DNA of 48,028 nucleotides from Klebsiella phage vB_KpnS_Chambers_MM6: sequence record PP747161.1; one strand, 5' to 3'. Shown piece by piece: positions 44,974 to 48,028 of this stretch (position 1 is its first letter; each line of letters starts with the position of its first letter). The notes under the pieces were generated by a model. It saw only the letters and a program-made list of their open reading frames with translations, ran no database searches and was not told where the DNA came from. The position numbers and the translations under genes were made by a program.

Positions 44974-45633
44974 TCAGAAAGGCAGTTCGCTATCGATCCC
45001 CGTCACCCGTGGGCGGGCCATCATCTCAAGGTATTCATTTTGTGCCTGCTCCTGCGCCAGTTTTGCGAGACGGCGAACGCTGACCATCAGTTTAACGATG
45101 AAGCGGGCCGGGTAACGATCGAGGGCAAGCAGATCCTGGCAAACGCGGTCAACGGCACGCTGTACGCCGATGTGCATCAGGTAGCCGTTGTGGGTGTAGT
45201 GGCGGGCAATCTGAACAGCGCGGTCAACGATGCCATTAACTTCCAGCGCTTCGGCGTGTGCTTCCTGGCGGGCTGCGTAGGCGCGCTGGCCTTCAACGGC
45301 GTCCAGCAGTTTAGCCAGAAGCGCTTTCACGTCGCACAGGCTGGCATTAGCTTTCCACTCCGCCTGGTTCCAGTCGTCGAGGTTGGAGGCGATGTAACCT
45401 TCTACCGCCTGCTGCATATCGTCGTACATGGTTTCGTCAAGGGTGTCGACGTTTTCGCAGATCAGGGCGTTCGCTGCGGAGTCGATGATCAGGCATGCCA
45501 GCAGGTCGGCATTCTTGAACTGTCCACGGGCTTGCTCGTTGGTCATCCAGCTTGCCGGATTGCCGATGGTCAGATCCAGCGCAGCGAGAATTTCGTTAGC
45601 GGCGGTAAGATATTTGATAGCTGACTTAGACAT
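44974..45633 (-). CDS. hypothetical protein
   Basis: 219 aa acidic helical protein. Preceded by a TTGACA-17-TATATT promoter at 45680-45708. Confidence 0.6.
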   Translation of the reverse strand: MSKSAIKYLTAANEILAALDLTIGNPASWMTNEQARGQFKNADLLACLIIDSAANALICENVDTLDETMYDDMQQAVEGYIASNLDDWNQAEWKANASLCDVKALLAKLLDAVEGQRAYAARQEAHAEALEVNGIVDRAVQIARHYTHNGYLMHIGVQRAVDRVCQDLLALDRYPARFIVKLMVSVRRLAKLAQEQAQNEYLEMMARPRVTGIDSELPF

Positions 45634-45679
45634 TTTGCGACCCCTTGTGATTTATCGGTTAGTTACTGCCTGTTCGATA

Positions 45680-45708
45680 AATATATTATAGGGGCCGCAT
45701 CATGTCAA
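45680..45708 (-). promoter_or_regulatory. leftward promoter (TTGACA-17-TATATT)
   Basis: -35 at 45708..45703, -10 at 45685..45680. In the 86-bp gap upstream of the 45633 gene. Confidence 0.5.
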
Positions 45709-45719
45709 TAGTGCTTACA

Positions 45720-45932
45720 CTACTCCTTAATGAAGTCTTTGAAATCTGCGGACGATGTCTCGCGCCAGGTCATCAGTCTACCGTTAATGATCGCGTGACG
45801 TTCGCAGTTGTAATCGTCCCGGAATTTCAGGATGGTCATGGTGTTCAGGCCGGTCTTGGTGGTCAGCTTGCGCATGCTGCCCGCTTTAGCGAGAAGTGCG
45901 GGGATGCTTGTAACGTGGCAAATCAGGCTCAT
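45720..45932 (-). CDS. hypothetical small protein
   Basis: 70 aa from ATG 45932 (GAGGA RBS). The longer start would overlap the upstream ATPase gene. Confidence 0.45.
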   Translation of the reverse strand: MSLICHVTSIPALLAKAGSMRKLTTKTGLNTMTILKFRDDYNCERHAIINGRLMTWRETSSADFKDFIKE

Positions 45933-45942
45933 GTTGTTTTCC

Positions 45943-47604
45943 TCAGTGGTTATCACGGCAGCTACCCATAAGCGGGGGAACGGCATCTTTGATCGTGTAG
46001 TAAGGGTTCCGGGCTTCGTGTGGGTTAGACTCTTTGCTCAGGTGTCCCAGCTCAGCCATTTTGTAAATTGCGTCGCGCACTGACTCCCGTGAATACGGCG
46101 TACCGTCAGCCTTAAACACCGTGGAGCTGATACGGTGCAGGATCTCCTTGTATGGCGCGGTTCCGTGCGGCTCCGCCCTCAGCAGAGAATACACGGCTTC
46201 CTGCAATGGCGTGTACACGTGCGCCTGGCGCTTCTCCTCCGGCTCAAAGTGCTCCTCATCCGTTCCGGCGTCCATATCGTAAACGCGGTCTTCGAACAGC
46301 CAGACCTTCGTCGCGTCGTCGATGTAGATGAAGTCTGGCCGATCAACCTCCTGCCCTGGGGCAAGTTTCTTCTCATACGTGCTTTTCTTCTTCGCCTCAA
46401 CGTCCTTCGCGAACACCGGCACCTGAAAGCCTTTGAGCTTAAAGCGCCCCTTCAAACCACCCTGGCGGCTCTTACCGACGTTCAGGACGGTGTAGCCTGT
46501 CTCCTTCTGGCGGGCGTTCAATCCCTTGCCTGTCTGTGTCTTCTCGCGCACCAGGCTGAACGTTTTATACACCGCGCCCTTCGCTGCGGATCCGCCACGA
46601 GACTCAAGATCATACTGGCCGGACATCAGGCTTCCCTTGCTGACATGCGGGATGAAGATCCCGGCGCAGTTGAGGGACTCAGCGAACCGGTGCCCGGCAG
46701 TGGTGATCAGCTGCTGGTCGGTGTTGCTGTTTTCGTCCATGCTCACGCCGTTATTGTTGGCCGCCGCCAGGTGGAACATTTTGCTGTCGAAGATGACCAG
46801 ATTCACCGGCCTGCCGTTGGCGAACTGCAACACGCGGCTCTTCTGGATGCGCAACTTTCCTGGCTCCATCAGGTCGGCCGGCCGCTTGAACACCTTGATC
46901 CAGTCACGGAGATTGACGCCGGTGCGCAGCGACCATGCGGCCACCTGCAACTCAACGCTGTCCGGGTCTTCGGTGAAGAACACGCTGACGCCGGGGTTAC
47001 ACACGCGGAAGCAGTTGAACAGCGGGCGACCCATGGCGAGGCTGACCGCCATTTGCACCAGCAGCGTCGTTTTCCCTGCGCCTGCATCACCGTTGATCTC
47101 GTTGATGGTGCGGCGGTTCAGCAGACCTTCGATCACCGGGTCGTAGAAGTCCGGCGAGGTGTTCAGCACATACTCGCCAGGGTCGTAATCTTTCAGCGCG
47201 GGATCTTCCACCAACCCCTGCTCAACCTCTTCGGCGAGGCGCTTTGCCACCTCAACGCGCTGGGCGGATAAGTCCATCCCGAGATTCTGCTTTTCATTCT
47301 CCTCGCGAACGATGCGTTGCAGCTCAAGGTGGCGCTGACCGGCGTCTTTCTTCTTCGGCTTAGGTGGTTCAGGTGGAACAGGTGGCGATACTTCTTCCGC
47401 CTGTTCACGCTCCTCCACCTCAGCACGTGCTACCTGGTCGAAGTAAGCCTGCATGTCGGCCATTTCCTGCGAATAGGCTTCGTCCTCTTCCTCGCGGGTC
47501 ATTGGCTGGTTGAGGATGTCCGCCGCTTCGTGCTGTTTCTCCTGATCACCCAGTAACGCCTTCCAGTCGTCGGGCGTCATCGGCCTTTTGTTCTCTTCGT
47601 TCAT
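45943..47604 (-). CDS. RecA-fold AAA ATPase (AAA_25 / RepA-DnaB-like replicative helicase candidate)
   Basis: Walker A GDAGAGKTT. Acidic/Pro-rich N-terminal region. ~550 aa. Start at ATG 47604 with perfect AGGAGG 5 nt upstream. First gene of the leftward early operon, right after the promoter at 47630-47658. Confidence 0.75.
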   Translation of the reverse strand: MNEENKRPMTPDDWKALLGDQEKQHEAADILNQPMTREEEDEAYSQEMADMQAYFDQVARAEVEEREQAEEVSPPVPPEPPKPKKKDAGQRHLELQRIVREENEKQNLGMDLSAQRVEVAKRLAEEVEQGLVEDPALKDYDPGEYVLNTSPDFYDPVIEGLLNRRTINEINGDAGAGKTTLLVQMAVSLAMGRPLFNCFRVCNPGVSVFFTEDPDSVELQVAAWSLRTGVNLRDWIKVFKRPADLMEPGKLRIQKSRVLQFANGRPVNLVIFDSKMFHLAAANNNGVSMDENSNTDQQLITTAGHRFAESLNCAGIFIPHVSKGSLMSGQYDLESRGGSAAKGAVYKTFSLVREKTQTGKGLNARQKETGYTVLNVGKSRQGGLKGRFKLKGFQVPVFAKDVEAKKKSTYEKKLAPGQEVDRPDFIYIDDATKVWLFEDRVYDMDAGTDEEHFEPEEKRQAHVYTPLQEAVYSLLRAEPHGTAPYKEILHRISSTVFKADGTPYSRESVRDAIYKMAELGHLSKESNPHEARNPYYTIKDAVPPLMGSCRDNH

Positions 47605-47629
47605 CGTTTCCTCCTGCTTTGGTTCGGAC

Positions 47630-47658
47630 ATTATTCACGGCAGGTAATACCGTGTCAA
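47630..47658 (-). promoter_or_regulatory. leftward early promoter (TTGACA-17-AATAAT) driving the 47604 ATPase operon
   Basis: -35 at 47658..47653, -10 at 47635..47630. Leader contains AGGAGG and the ATG at 47604. Confidence 0.55.
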
Positions 47659-47887
47659 TATCAATTACTTTCCGCCTGAAAAACAGGCTAAAACCTGTAA
47701 ACCAATACTATTTATAGACTGTAAATACCCGCTATTGGGATTTTCATCACGCCTTTAGTTTTCAATGGCTTACAGAGTACGTTTTTTGAGCAGCTGTAAA
47801 CCAAAGCGATTCAAGCGGAGCCACTCGCCACCTCAACGCCACCTGAACAGAAGGCGTGCTTCGCAAGTTATTGATAACAAAGGACTA

Positions 47888-47974
47888 CCTGAAATTTTCA
47901 GGAGGAAAAGGGTCATACTACCGAAGTTGCAAGTGTCTGATATTGAAGGGTTAATTTCAGGTGTTAGGTGGTAT
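47888..47974. repeat. ACCTGAAATT / AATTTCAGGTG inverted-repeat element, copy 2 (genome terminal region)
   Basis: Perfect palindrome CCTGAAA-T-TTTCAGG at 47888-47902. AATTTCAGGTGTTAGGTGGTAT at 47953-47974 is the exact reverse complement of 17065-17086 (22/22). Confidence 0.6.
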
Positions 47975-48028
47975 CCCTATTATATATAAAACCCATATAA
48001 TTACAGAAACACGTACACCCTTACGCAC

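Noticed and set aside
46135-47271. 378-aa ORF on the plus strand
   Set aside because: Antisense shadow of the AAA ATPase gene (45943-47604). No RBS. His/Arg/Leu/Gln-rich low-complexity translation.
47765-47989. 74-aa plus-strand ORF in the terminal non-coding region
   Set aside because: Highly basic, low-complexity translation. No RBS. It overlaps the palindromic regulatory motifs and is more likely non-coding DNA.
1-48028. tRNA genes, integrase / att sites, cas genes
   Set aside because: No cloverleaf-compatible conserved tRNA segments (GTTC-type T-loops with matching acceptor stems) were noticed in the intergenic regions. No recombinase-like ORF and no CRISPR repeats were seen. This is a by-eye scan, not a tRNAscan result.

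Overview
The window is a complete or near-complete genome of a virulent tailed phage. Its organisation is reminiscent of T1-like (Drexlerviridae-type) coliphages; this is inferred from gene content, order and the ~48 kb size, with no database search run. From the left, a rightward (+) late block at 106-29647 encodes terS, a three-gene insert, terL, portal, a Mu-F-like head morphogenesis protein, scaffold, major capsid, connector and neck genes, major tail protein, G/GT chaperones with a frameshift, tape measure, and a lambda-like tail tip M-L-K-I-J with a 3292-aa J. It ends with a side tail fibre carrying a C-terminal S74 intramolecular chaperone domain. A leftward (-) early block at 29674-35148 holds a Cro-like HTH protein, SSB, an Erf annealase, a PD-(D/E)XK exonuclease, a VRR-NUC protein and an SF2 helicase. 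A rightward block at 35221-41206 holds a primase zinc-ribbon protein, Dam N6-adenine methyltransferase, small ORFs and a holin / i-spanin / o-spanin / GH24 lysozyme lysis cassette. A second leftward early block at 41236-47604 holds about 14 small hypotheticals, a lipoprotein, a membrane protein and a RecA-fold AAA ATPase, driven from near-consensus TTGACA-17/18-TAATAT promoters. No integrase, tRNA or CRISPR array is visible. Items worth a second look: the three-gene insert between terS and terL; the J protein with ~2200 aa of inserted coiled-coil and beta-sandwich modules, and L with an inserted domain; a 22-nt exact inverted repeat shared between an odd 300-bp L-K intergenic region and the genome terminus; and candidate superinfection-exclusion membrane proteins and a tiny hydrophobic peptide.
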